Shown here: positions 30,292 through 39,352 of the stretch, piece by piece
How the letters are laid out: each line of letters begins with the position of its first letter
How positions within the stretch are numbered: the stretch's first letter is position 1
Assembly (NCBI GenBank): GCA_002478275.1
Contig: DLMY01000059.1
Location: 1-64,000, forward strand
Origin: Actinobacteria bacterium UBA7524
Lineage (GTDB): Bacteria > Actinomycetota > Coriobacteriia > Anaerosomatales > UBA912
Length of the DNA stretch: 64,000 nt
Direction of reading: 5' to 3'
Made by a program: the position numbers and the translations under genes
Notes under the pieces: generated by a model
What the model was told of the DNA's origin: nothing
Database searches by the model: none
The model's input: only the letters and a program-made list of their open reading frames with translations

Positions 30292-31020
30292 ATGAGGACT
30301 CTGTCCCCGTACCCGGTCACCGAAACGCCTTCCCGGCGAATCGCCGGCATCCTTCCCGCTGGGATGCTGGATTGGCCGGGCCGCGTGGCCCCCACCATCT
30401 TCCTTTCTGGCTGCAACTTCACGTGTCCGTACTGTCATAACGCTGAGCTACTGGCACCCTCTGTGAGTGAGGACGGATGGGGTGAGGTCAAAGCGTACTT
30501 GAGAAGAAGACGCTCCTGGATAGACGGAGTCGTCATCACCGGTGGCGAGCCTGCAAGCGACCCTGACCTCATCCCGCTACTGACCGCCATCGCAGACGAG
30601 GGGCTGCCCATCAAGCTCGATACGAACGGCAGTCGGCCCGACGTGGTCGAGCGCGTGATCGCCGATGGTCTCGTCCAGAGACTCGCGATCGACATCAAGA
30701 CGACGTGGGAGCGCTATCCCGAGATCAGCGGTGTCCCTGACGTGGCCGCCGCCGTGCGCCAGACCGTTGCGATCGTTGCGCAAAGCGGTATCCCGCACGA
30801 GTACCGCACCACCGTCTACCCCGGGATCGTCGCCCCGGAGGACCTTCCCGAGATCGCAGCCGAGCTCTCAGGTGGCGAGCTGTACGCCATACAGCAGTTC
30901 AGGTCCGGCCAGACACTGGATCCCCGGGCCGATGCCATCGAGCCCTACAACGCCGACATTCTCAGACATGCCGCTTCCCAGTGCGACAAGTACCTGCCCA
31001 CCATCACGAGAGGAGCATGA
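30292..31020 (+). CDS. nrdG: Anaerobic RNR activating radical-SAM enzyme
   Basis: LDWPGR, GCNFTCPYCHN, GVVITGGEP, KLDTNGS, EYRTT. Confidence 0.92.
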   Translation: MRTLSPYPVTETPSRRIAGILPAGMLDWPGRVAPTIFLSGCNFTCPYCHNAELLAPSVSEDGWGEVKAYLRRRRSWIDGVVITGGEPASDPDLIPLLTAIADEGLPIKLDTNGSRPDVVERVIADGLVQRLAIDIKTTWERYPEISGVPDVAAAVRQTVAIVAQSGIPHEYRTTVYPGIVAPEDLPEIAAELSGGELYAIQQFRSGQTLDPRADAIEPYNADILRHAASQCDKYLPTITRGA

Positions 31021-31026
31021 CGCGAC

Positions 31027-31458
31027 GTGCGTGTGCCCATCAAACGTCTGGACCCGACGCTGCCACTGCCGGCCTACGCGCACGAGGGCGATGCGGGCCT
31101 GGACCTGTTCGCGGCCGAGGACATCGATCTCGCCCCGGGCCAAAGAGCTCTGATACCCACAGGCATCGCTGTGGCGATTCCCGAAGGATTCGCCGGCTTC
31201 GTCCAGCCCCGTAGCGGCCTGGCGATCAAACAGGGCCTCAGTCTCGTGAACACCCCAGGCCTCATCGATGCCCACTACCGTGGCGAGATCAAGGTCATCG
31301 CCATCAATCTCGACCCGTCCTCGACGATAAGCGTCTCAAGGGGCGACAAGATCGCTCAGCTCGTCATCCAGCCCGTCGCACGCGTGGAACTCGCAGAGGT
31401 CGACGACCTCGACGCGACCGTGCGAGGGGAGGGAGGCTTTGGCAGCACGGGCGTCTGA
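31027..31458 (+). CDS. dut: dUTP pyrophosphatase
   Basis: [39 protein letters not shown]. Confidence 0.97.
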   Translation: MRVPIKRLDPTLPLPAYAHEGDAGLDLFAAEDIDLAPGQRALIPTGIAVAIPEGFAGFVQPRSGLAIKQGLSLVNTPGLIDAHYRGEIKVIAINLDPSSTISVSRGDKIAQLVIQPVARVELAEVDDLDATVRGEGGFGSTGV

Positions 31459-31903
31459 GCAGCCGCGTGTGCGTGTAGCCGCTCTGATGACCATCAGCGG
31501 GAGGGTGGCGTTCGTCCGCCACCGCTTCGCGGACCACTCCTACCATCTTCTGCCAGGTGGAGGTGTGGACTACGGCGAAAGCCTCAGCGAGGCACTCGTC
31601 CGAGAAGTCGCCGAGGAGACCGGCCTGGCGTGCACCGTCACGAGGCCGCTCATCATCAGCGACTCGATAGCGCCTGACGGCAGCCGTCATGTCGTCAATG
31701 TGACCTTCGCGGCACTTGTCGACGAGGGAGCGGTAGTGACTAAGGCACCGAAGGACCCGCGGGTCGAGACGGTCGATCTGGTGGCTCCGCAAGATGTCTC
31801 GTCTTTGGACCTTCGTCCGCCGATGGCCGAACACATCATCAGGTATCTTGCCGACCCGCAGGGGTTCGAGGCTGTTTACCTGGGAAGTATCTGGCGTCCC
31901 TAG
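31439..31903 (+). CDS. NUDIX hydrolase
   Basis: Nudix box [26 protein letters not shown]; start uncertain (TTG 31439 or a later GTG). Confidence 0.9.
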   Translation: MAARASEQPRVRVAALMTISGRVAFVRHRFADHSYHLLPGGGVDYGESLSEALVREVAEETGLACTVTRPLIISDSIAPDGSRHVVNVTFAALVDEGAVVTKAPKDPRVETVDLVAPQDVSSLDLRPPMAEHIIRYLADPQGFEAVYLGSIWRP

Positions 31904-31944
31904 TACTCCAAGAGCGGGATGCCGCCCTCGCCTGGTACTTCCGA

Positions 31945-31972
31945 ATGTCGGATAATCAATCTTATGTTACCT
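31945..31972 (+). other. Putative chromosomal dif site (XerC/XerD)
   Basis: ATGTCGGATAA-TCAATC-TTATGTTACCT: 11-6-11 layout with ATAA/TTAT inner arms and a TTATGTTA XerD arm; AT-rich, intergenic, at the gene-strand switch. Confidence 0.82.
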
Positions 31973-32061
31973 ATACGATTCAGCCCCCGCACCCTCTCCA
32001 CGCTTCATGAGGCTGATCGATAGGACCCCTCTGGAGGACCTCTCCAGTGTCCCGGAAGGGC

Positions 32062-32364
32062 TCAGGCCGAGAAGTATCGACTTTCGAACGCGGACTTGGT
32101 GAGTTCGTCGAGGTCTTCCTGGACGGCCTCCAAAGCCGCGTAGGCTTCGTCCGTAGACCCGTACAGCGCGACCGGTCGCACATCGTCCTCATCGTCAACG
32201 CTCACCGCTTCGATTGCGAAGCTCTCTGTCCCGTCCACTTCTTGCTGCGGCGGGTTGCGGTAAAGGATGTCGTCGCGCCACTCCAGATCGGGCTCGTCGG
32301 GTTCGTCGACCCGCGTCACACGAAGGCGATAGAAGTCGGCTGCCGCTCCGATAATGGGACTCAT
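32062..32364 (-). CDS. Hypothetical acidic protein (100 aa)
   Basis: GGGGAG RBS plus ATG; D/E-rich; last gene of the minus-strand run. Confidence 0.7.
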   Translation of the reverse strand: MSPIIGAAADFYRLRVTRVDEPDEPDLEWRDDILYRNPPQQEVDGTESFAIEAVSVDDEDDVRPVALYGSTDEAYAALEAVQEDLDELTKSAFESRYFSA

Positions 32365-32379
32365 CGCTCCCCCGGCCCC

Positions 32380-32811
32380 CTACTCGAGTCTGGAGTACTG
32401 GGTACTCGCAGAGATGTACCCTACGGTGCCGTCGGCGTCTTTGACCTTGTACCAGCCGTTCTCAGTGGCGATATGAGCCAGCTTGCTGCCCTCGGTCAGC
32501 CCTCGGATGAGTTCCGAGTCACGAGCTGCCTCGCGCCGGAAGTTCAGCCCGTCCACCAGCACCACGACACTCTGACCCGAGCCTTGTGCTTCGGCCTCCG
32601 CTTCAGGCGCGGCCTCAGAGCCCTCGGTCTTCGTCTCCTCGGATCCAGGCTCTGGAGCGGCTGTTGACTCTTTGCTGCTGTCTTCGGGCGCCACTGCAGC
32701 TCGGTAGTCGCCCCACCAGCCCATCACCGTGAAGAAGATGATGGCCAGCACCACGACCCCTGCGAGTGTGCGCACGGCGATAGATGGCGTCAGACGCAGC
32801 TTGGCCATCAT
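32380..32811 (-). CDS. Membrane-anchored bacterial SH3-domain protein
   Basis: TM helix, acidic linker, DGLNFRREA...IRGL..GSKL...ENGWYKVKDADGTVGYIS. Confidence 0.85.
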   Translation of the reverse strand: MMAKLRLTPSIAVRTLAGVVVLAIIFFTVMGWWGDYRAAVAPEDSSKESTAAPEPGSEETKTEGSEAAPEAEAEAQGSGQSVVVLVDGLNFRREAARDSELIRGLTEGSKLAHIATENGWYKVKDADGTVGYISASTQYSRLE

Positions 32812-33368
32812 ATGTACATCCCTCCGCCGTACACCGCCGCATCCTCCACTTCGTACTCAGCACATGCATCCGCAAGTAAGGACGCGGCCTTGTCGAACTG
32901 GCGCGATACACGCGCAAGATCCATCGAGCCGACCGCCTCCAGTACGAGTTCGGCGGACATCTCATCGTGGATCCGGCCGCTTTCCTCTGCTATGACGTGT
33001 GCGGCATCGGCGAGAGCCTCGGCGACCGGCACGATCCTCGCCGGGATCCGCTTGGTGTCGAGCTCGTCGCGCACGATACCCATGCGCACGTTGACCTCGG
33101 CAAACGCACGGCGATCCACGTTGTGAGGGTCGGTCGAGAACGCGATAAGGGCCTCGTCGCTCTCATCGGCGAGATGGCGCATAACAGCTTCCAAGGTCCT
33201 TCGCGACGCCAGGACCTGCTCTTTCGCACCGACCATACGGACCACGTAGCGGCGTACGACGCGGAATGCGGCGTAGCGAACGCCGAAGAACGCCCCGACT
33301 ACCGCTGCGATCAGGGCCAGTACCAGCACTATCCAGAGCCACAGGGCTATCCCGCCAAACTCAGGCAC
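32808..33368 (-). CDS. Hypothetical protein with N-terminal TM helix and helical cytoplasmic domain
   Basis: Hydrophobic N-terminus followed by basic residues; ATGA overlap with the SH3 gene. Confidence 0.75.
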   Translation of the reverse strand: MPEFGGIALWLWIVLVLALIAAVVGAFFGVRYAAFRVVRRYVVRMVGAKEQVLASRRTLEAVMRHLADESDEALIAFSTDPHNVDRRAFAEVNVRMGIVRDELDTKRIPARIVPVAEALADAAHVIAEESGRIHDEMSAELVLEAVGSMDLARVSRQFDKAASLLADACAEYEVEDAAVYGGGMYI

Positions 33369-33403
33369 GCGACCTCACTAACACCGTATCCGACAGATCC
33401 GCT

Positions 33404-34708
33404 TCAGCAGCCTTCGCGCTGATCGAGCACCTTCTTGGCCTTGCCCGCGGTACGCTCGATGGTTCCGGGCTCGACCAACGTCACCTTGACGTTCAGGCCG
33501 ATGACCGCATGCAGGCGCTCGGCCACGTTGCGGGTGAATGCCACCATATCCGCCATGATATCCGAAAAGACCTCCTCGGCGACCTCGATACGCAGCTCGA
33601 TGTCGTCTAAGCCGTGCTTGCGGCCCAGAACGATCAGATAGTGAGGTCTTACCCCTTCGATCTTGAAGAGCACGTCTTCGATCTGGCTCGGGAACACGTT
33701 GACGCCTCGGATGATGAGCATGTCGTCCGTCCGCTGACGGACCGGTTCCATGCGCGCCAGCGTGCGACCGCACTCGCAGCGCTCGGTGTGCAGACGCGTG
33801 ATGTCGTGCGTGCGGTAGCGCAGGACCGGGAAGGCCTCTTTGGTCAGTGAGGTGATGACGAGCTCGCCCTCCCCGCCCTCGTCGACCGGCTCTCCCGTCG
33901 TGGGGTCGATCAGTTCTACCAGAAAATGGTCCTCGTTGATGTGCAAGCCGGCTCTCGCCTCGCACTCCCCTGAGACGCCGGGGCCCATGACCTCGGACAA
34001 GCCATAGTTGTCGGTCGCGCGGATGTGGAGCTTCTCTTCGATCTCGCGGCGTGCGGCGTCGGTGCACGGCTCGGCGCCGAACAGGCCGAGTCGCAGCGGC
34101 AGGTTCGAGAAGTCGACGCCCAGGCGCTCCCCTACCTCGGCGATGTAGAGCGCATAGCTTGGCGTGCTGATCAGCACCGTGGTGCCGAAATCCGCCATCA
34201 TCATCAGGTGACGCTCGGTGTTGCCCGCGCTCGCGGGGATGACGGTCGCACCCACGCGCTCCAGCCCGTAGTGCATGCCGAAGCCGCCCGTGAACATGCC
34301 GTAGCCGAACGCCATCTGTGCCAGATCGGTATGCACGACGCCCGCAGCGGCCGCGACGCGCGCGGTGAGCTCGGTCCACGTCGCGATGTCACCCCGCGTA
34401 TACCCGACCACGATCGGCTTGCCGGTCGTGCCGGAGCTGGAGTGGATACGCACGACATCGTCGAGTCTCACAGCGAACAACCCGAACGGGTACGTGTCCC
34501 GAAGCGTCTCCTTGTCCGTGAACGGCAGCGCGCGCACGTCATCGAGCGAGCGGATGTCTTTGGGCTTCACCCCTGCCGCATCCATGGCCGCCCGGTAGTG
34601 CGGCACGTGCTCGTGGACCCACGCTGCGGTCGCCTGCAACCTCCTGAGCTGCAGTTCCCGCAACGCTTCAACATCCATGGTCTCGTACTCGGCATTCCAG
34701 ATAGCCAT
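33404..34708 (-). CDS. paaK: Phenylacetate-CoA ligase family protein (copy 1)
   Basis: YPFGLFA, HSSSGTTGKP, YGMFTGGFG, TPSYAL, GAEP, YGLSE, RYRTHD, IRGVNVFPSQIE. Confidence 0.92.
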   Translation of the reverse strand: MAIWNAEYETMDVEALRELQLRRLQATAAWVHEHVPHYRAAMDAAGVKPKDIRSLDDVRALPFTDKETLRDTYPFGLFAVRLDDVVRIHSSSGTTGKPIVVGYTRGDIATWTELTARVAAAAGVVHTDLAQMAFGYGMFTGGFGMHYGLERVGATVIPASAGNTERHLMMMADFGTTVLISTPSYALYIAEVGERLGVDFSNLPLRLGLFGAEPCTDAARREIEEKLHIRATDNYGLSEVMGPGVSGECEARAGLHINEDHFLVELIDPTTGEPVDEGGEGELVITSLTKEAFPVLRYRTHDITRLHTERCECGRTLARMEPVRQRTDDMLIIRGVNVFPSQIEDVLFKIEGVRPHYLIVLGRKHGLDDIELRIEVAEEVFSDIMADMVAFTRNVAERLHAVIGLNVKVTLVEPGTIERTAGKAKKVLDQREGC

Positions 34709-34713
34709 GATCC

Positions 34714-35466
34714 CTACGACTCCTCCCCTGCCACGGCGAGCCCTCCGCCCAGGTAGATGTGCCGGATACTGTCATCGCCGAGGAGGTCCGCCGATGCCCC
34801 GGACAACACCACCTCGCCGGTACGCATCACATATCCCCTATCGGCATGCTTGAGCGCCAACTTCGCGTCCTGTTCGACCAGCAGGATCGTCAGACCTTCG
34901 CTCTTGAGCGCGTCGAGTGCCTGGAAGATCTCTGCGATCACCTTGGGTGCCAGCCCGAGTGAGGGCTCGTCGAGCAACAGCAGCCGCGGCTTGGCCATGA
35001 GCGCCCTGCCCACCGCCAGCATTTGCTGCTCGCCTCCCGAAAGCGTCGCGGCCGACTGGCTCGCACGCTCCCTGAGCACGGGAAACAGCGTATATACGTT
35101 CTCGATCAGCGCCCCGACCGCACCACTGCGGCCTAGAGGATAGGCGCCAAGCTCGAGGTTCTCTGCCACCGACATCGGTCCGAACAGCAGCCTGCCCTCA
35201 GGCACGAGCGCGATCCCTTGCCGGATCGCCGCCTCAGGCGTGACGCGCGTGATTTCCGCGCCTTCGTACACCACGCGCCCGCTCGTCAAAGAGACCAGTC
35301 CGACCACCGACTTGAGCAGCGTGGATTTCCCCGCCCCGTTGGCGCCGATGATCGTCACGAGCTCTCCTCGGCGGACTTCGAGGTCGATATCGCGCAACAC
35401 GTCGACCCGGCCATAGGCCGCACACAGCGACTCGATGCCGAGAACCACCGGCTGCTGCTCAGTCAT
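34714..35466 (-). CDS. livF: HAAT-type ABC transporter ATPase (LivF-like)
   Basis: GANGAGKST, VPEGR, LSGGEQQM, DEPSLGLAP, VEQ. Confidence 0.9.
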   Translation of the reverse strand: MTEQQPVVLGIESLCAAYGRVDVLRDIDLEVRRGELVTIIGANGAGKSTLLKSVVGLVSLTSGRVVYEGAEITRVTPEAAIRQGIALVPEGRLLFGPMSVAENLELGAYPLGRSGAVGALIENVYTLFPVLRERASQSAATLSGGEQQMLAVGRALMAKPRLLLLDEPSLGLAPKVIAEIFQALDALKSEGLTILLVEQDAKLALKHADRGYVMRTGEVVLSGASADLLGDDSIRHIYLGGGLAVAGEES

Positions 35467-36232
35467 CGAGGTCCTCCTCGCCGAGATAGGCCTTGATGAC
35501 TGCAGGGTCCTTCTGTATCAGCCGTGGAGGGCCTTCCGCGATCTTTGCACCGCGGTCGAGCACGACGATCTCATCGGAGACCTGCATGACCAGGCCCATA
35601 TCGTGCTCGACGACCACGATCGTCACGCCGTGGTCGCGTATGCGGTAGAGCACATCGGCAAGCCCTGCCGTCTCTGTCGCGTTGAGTCCCGCTGCCGGCT
35701 CGTCGAGCAGAAGCAGCTTCGGGGACGTGGCCAGCGCGCGGGCGATCTCGAGCAGGCGCCTCAGGCCGTGCGGCATATCGGCGGCCGGGGTGTCACGTCG
35801 CTCGGCCAGGCCGACCAGACGAAGCAGGCGGTCGGCTTCCTCGGACGCGAGGCGTTCCTCGCGAAACGCACGTGGCAGGCGCAGTGCAGCGGACGTGAAA
35901 CCGCTCGACGTGCGCGCATGGGTGCCGACCATGACGTTCTCGTGGGCGGTCATCTCCTCGAACAGGCGCGTGTTCTGGAACGTCCGGGCGACTCCCCGAC
36001 GAACGACGCGGTCCGGACGTGAGCCCAAGAGCTCTTGTCCGGCGTATGTGGCACTGCCGGCATCGGGAGTGTCGAAGCCGGTGAGCACATTGAACAACGT
36101 GGTCTTGCCGGCACCGTTCGGGCCGATGACCGCTTTGATCTCGCCTTCGTGCACGTCGAACGAGACATCGTCGACGGCCACGAGGCCCCCGAAACGCTTG
36201 GTGACACCTCTGACCGCCAGGGTGCCGCTCAT
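35459..36232 (-). CDS. livG: HAAT-type ABC transporter ATPase (LivG-like)
   Basis: FGGLVAV, GPNGAGKTT, ARTFQN, DEPAAGLN, VEHDM, VIKAYLG. Confidence 0.9.
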   Translation of the reverse strand: MSGTLAVRGVTKRFGGLVAVDDVSFDVHEGEIKAVIGPNGAGKTTLFNVLTGFDTPDAGSATYAGQELLGSRPDRVVRRGVARTFQNTRLFEEMTAHENVMVGTHARTSSGFTSAALRLPRAFREERLASEEADRLLRLVGLAERRDTPAADMPHGLRRLLEIARALATSPKLLLLDEPAAGLNATETAGLADVLYRIRDHGVTIVVVEHDMGLVMQVSDEIVVLDRGAKIAEGPPRLIQKDPAVIKAYLGEEDLDD

Positions 36233-37230
36233 AGCTTGACACCCACAGATCTCAAACCCGCTCTGTACAGGCCCGCGAAGCCGGCGGGCGCCAGCAGCAT
36301 CACACTGATGATGATCAGGCCGTAGAGGTCAGCCTGCCAATCCTGGATGACCGCCAACGTCTCGCGAGACAGACCTGGAAACACCGCATCGGCGAATCCC
36401 GCGAGTGTGAGTATCAATGCGGCGGCCACCGGCCCCGCAAGCGAACGCCCGCCACCCAGAACGGCCATCGCAACGAAGATGACGGAGTTGTGCAGCGTGA
36501 ACGACGACGGGGAGATGAATCCGACCACGTGAGCGTACAGACAGCCTGCCACCCCCGCGTAGACGGCCGAAGCGGTGAATACCCGGACCTTGAGCCCTGT
36601 GATGTCCACACCGCTGGCGACCGCACCCTGCTCCGAACCGTGAAGGGCGAGCATCGAGCGACCGGGTCTTCCGGAAACGATGTTGCCGGCGATGATGAAA
36701 CCCACTGCGACAGCTCCCCACACCAGCCAGTATTTCGCCTGGGGGGACTCGAACACGAAGCCGCCCAGTGCGGCAAGCGGTATGCGGGAGAATCCGTCAG
36801 GGCCGCCCGTGATACCGGAAGCCTCGACGAACGCCACGTGCATGATCTCGCCGAAGCCGAGTGTGGCCATGGCGAGGTAGTGCCCTTTGAGGCGCAGGCT
36901 CGGTAACGCGAGCAACATCCCGCCGATCGCAGTGACGAGCACGGCGGCCAGAAGTCCGATGATCCACGGCAGTTCGAGCCTGGTGGTCAGATAGGCCGAA
37001 GTGTAAGCGCCAAGGCCGAAGAATGCAGCATGACCCAAAGAAACCTGGCCCGCGTATCCGAACAGCAGCGCAAGGCCCAGTACGACCAGTGCGTTCACAC
37101 CCACGAACGTGAAGACCTTCAGAACGTAGCGCGCGTCCGACCCTGTCGCAAGCAACGGCAACGCCGCGAAGAACAAGGCCACGACGGCCCCGGGAACGTA
37201 TCGCAGAAGCGCTGCCCGGCCCATCGTCAC
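36229..37230 (-). CDS. livM: HAAT-type ABC transporter permease (LivM-like)
   Basis: GYAGQVSLGHAAFFGLGAY, LRLKGHYLAMATLGFGE, TGGPDG. Confidence 0.9.
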   Translation of the reverse strand: MTMGRAALLRYVPGAVVALFFAALPLLATGSDARYVLKVFTFVGVNALVVLGLALLFGYAGQVSLGHAAFFGLGAYTSAYLTTRLELPWIIGLLAAVLVTAIGGMLLALPSLRLKGHYLAMATLGFGEIMHVAFVEASGITGGPDGFSRIPLAALGGFVFESPQAKYWLVWGAVAVGFIIAGNIVSGRPGRSMLALHGSEQGAVASGVDITGLKVRVFTASAVYAGVAGCLYAHVVGFISPSSFTLHNSVIFVAMAVLGGGRSLAGPVAAALILTLAGFADAVFPGLSRETLAVIQDWQADLYGLIIISVMLLAPAGFAGLYRAGLRSVGVKL

Positions 37231-38108
37231 ACCTTCTCACGCACAGCGCGGCCGAACATGCCCTGCGGCCTGACGAACAAGACGAGCAGCAACACGAGAA
37301 GCGATATCGCGTCTTTGAACGTCGACGATATGAACGCGATGGACATGCTCTCCAACAAGCCAAGGGTAAGGCCGCCGATCACCGCCGCGAACGGGTTTCC
37401 CAGACCTCCGAGTATCGCCGCGGCGAATCCCTTGATCCCGAACGAGGGCCCGATGTTGAAGGCGGTCTGGGTGAGCGGCGTTGTCGCCAGACCCGCCAGC
37501 GCACCCAACGCGGCCGCCAGCGCGAACGACAGTGTGACCATGGAACGCGGGTCGACACCGACAAGTCGCGCAGCCGAGCGGTCTATCGAACACGCACGCA
37601 TGGCCTTACCGACACGCGTGCGTGTGTAGAGCAGCGAAAGCAGCACCACGGCGATCGCGGTCAATGCGAAGATCCAGAGCGTCTGTCGGTCGATGGCCGC
37701 GCCCAGCACCCGGAATGACGGTCCGGGCGTGAAGGCAGGCAAAGACTTCTCCAGAGGACCGAACGCATGGCGCGCCAAAGAACTCAGCAACAGCGAGCCG
37801 CCCACCGTGATGATGATGAGAGCCAGAGGGTTGCCGTCCTTGCGTGGCCGTATCGCGACCAGCTCGAACACGATACCCACGACGGCGGTAAGCGCCACCC
37901 CCATGAGCCCAGCAACCACAAGCGGCACGTCGAACATGCTGTACGACCACCAGGAGAGCATGCCGCCGAGCATGACGAACTCGCCCTGAGCGAAGTTGAT
38001 CACTCCGGTGGAGGCGTACACTATCGTGAAGCCAAGGGCCACGAGTGCGTAGATCGACCCGTTCTTAAGGCCAGCGATAGCGAACTGCAGCAGCTCGGCG
38101 GTGCCCAC
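37227..38108 (-). CDS. livH: HAAT-type ABC transporter permease (LivH-like)
   Basis: GSIYALVALGF, INFAQGE, GKAMRA, KGFAAAILGG, RPQGMFG; start moved to GTG 38108. Confidence 0.9.
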   Translation of the reverse strand: MGTAELLQFAIAGLKNGSIYALVALGFTIVYASTGVINFAQGEFVMLGGMLSWWSYSMFDVPLVVAGLMGVALTAVVGIVFELVAIRPRKDGNPLALIIITVGGSLLLSSLARHAFGPLEKSLPAFTPGPSFRVLGAAIDRQTLWIFALTAIAVVLLSLLYTRTRVGKAMRACSIDRSAARLVGVDPRSMVTLSFALAAALGALAGLATTPLTQTAFNIGPSFGIKGFAAAILGGLGNPFAAVIGGLTLGLLESMSIAFISSTFKDAISLLVLLLVLFVRPQGMFGRAVREKV

Positions 38109-38112
38109 TTCC

Positions 38113-39306
38113 CTATTCGGCCTCCTCGGCAAGCACCCACACGCCGTCCACGACGCGATACAGCGTCAGATCGGACTCGCTCAGACCGTTGTGATCGTCC
38201 GCGGAGTACGTGAACGTACCTCCAACGCCGATGAAACCGTTCGTCGCCTCGATCTCATCGCGGACATCGGCGGCGTCGAAGCCTTCGGCCGGGAGCCGCT
38301 TGAGCGCCTCGACGACGATGTGCAGGGCGTCGTATGCGTGTCCCGCGAAGATGTCCGGACCGACGCCGTAGGCCTCGGTGTAACGGTCGACGAAGTCGGT
38401 GGCCACCTCATATGCCTCGGTACCCACGCCGTAAGACTCGGGCAGCAGGATGTGTCCCGCAGCGAAGGTGAATCCTTCGGCTGCATCGCCAGCACCCTCG
38501 ATGAGCTCGAGTCGCGCGTTTCCGGGGGCACCTATGATCGGCGCCTCGATGCCGAGGTCCTTCGCGTTCTTGAGGACCGTGGGAGCCTCACTGCCCGCTC
38601 CCCACAGCATGATCGCGTCCGGAGCTGCGCCTCTGATGATGGTCAGCTGCGCCGTCATGTCCTTGTCGTCACGCTGGTAGGTCTCCTCGGCGACGATCTC
38701 GACGCCGAAGCCGGCCGCCTCTTCCTTGGTGATCTGGACGCCGTCTTTGCCATAGCCGCCGGAGTCCGAGATCAGGGCGACGCGGGTCATTCCCTGTTCC
38801 TGCAGGTAAGAGAGTATGAACGGCACCACGACCCTGTTCGGCCAGGGGGTCTGGAAGACCCACTCGCTGAACTCGCCGGTGATGACGTTACCACCGGCCA
38901 TCGAGACCTGGGCGACACCCGCTCGCTCGACATCGCCGCGCATCGCCATCGACTGACCGGTGCCGGTCGCGCCGATGATCGCCACCACGCCGTCGCGGTC
39001 GATGAGCTTGACCGCTGCCGCCTGAGCGGCGGCCTCGTCGGTGGCGTCGTCCTCGTAGAGCACTTCGAGCGGACGGCCGTTGATGCCGCCTGCATCGTTG
39101 ATGCGTGCAACCTCAAGTTCGATCGCGTTGCGCTCAGGAACGCCGAGCCCTGCATAAGGACCGGTCACTGAAAGCACGGCCCCGATGCGGATCGGCTCGG
39201 CGTCCCCGGCGTCAACGCCAGGTTCGCCATCTGTCGTACACCCAGGTAGTACCGCCACCGCGCACAAGAGCACGGCAACCCCCAGCGCTACGAACCGTCG
39301 TCTCAT
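38113..39306 (-). CDS. HAAT-type substrate-binding lipoprotein (copy A)
   Basis: Lipobox LPGC, IRIGAVLSVTG, INDAGGINGRPLE, FAGHAYD. Confidence 0.9.
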   Translation of the reverse strand: MRRRFVALGVAVLLCAVAVLPGCTTDGEPGVDAGDAEPIRIGAVLSVTGPYAGLGVPERNAIELEVARINDAGGINGRPLEVLYEDDATDEAAAQAAAVKLIDRDGVVAIIGATGTGQSMAMRGDVERAGVAQVSMAGGNVITGEFSEWVFQTPWPNRVVVPFILSYLQEQGMTRVALISDSGGYGKDGVQITKEEAAGFGVEIVAEETYQRDDKDMTAQLTIIRGAAPDAIMLWGAGSEAPTVLKNAKDLGIEAPIIGAPGNARLELIEGAGDAAEGFTFAAGHILLPESYGVGTEAYEVATDFVDRYTEAYGVGPDIFAGHAYDALHIVVEALKRLPAEGFDAADVRDEIEATNGFIGVGGTFTYSADDHNGLSESDLTLYRVVDGVWVLAEEAE

Positions 39307-39352
39307 ATCAGATGACTCCCCTCTTCCTCGGTTGCTCTACATCGTGTCCCGG

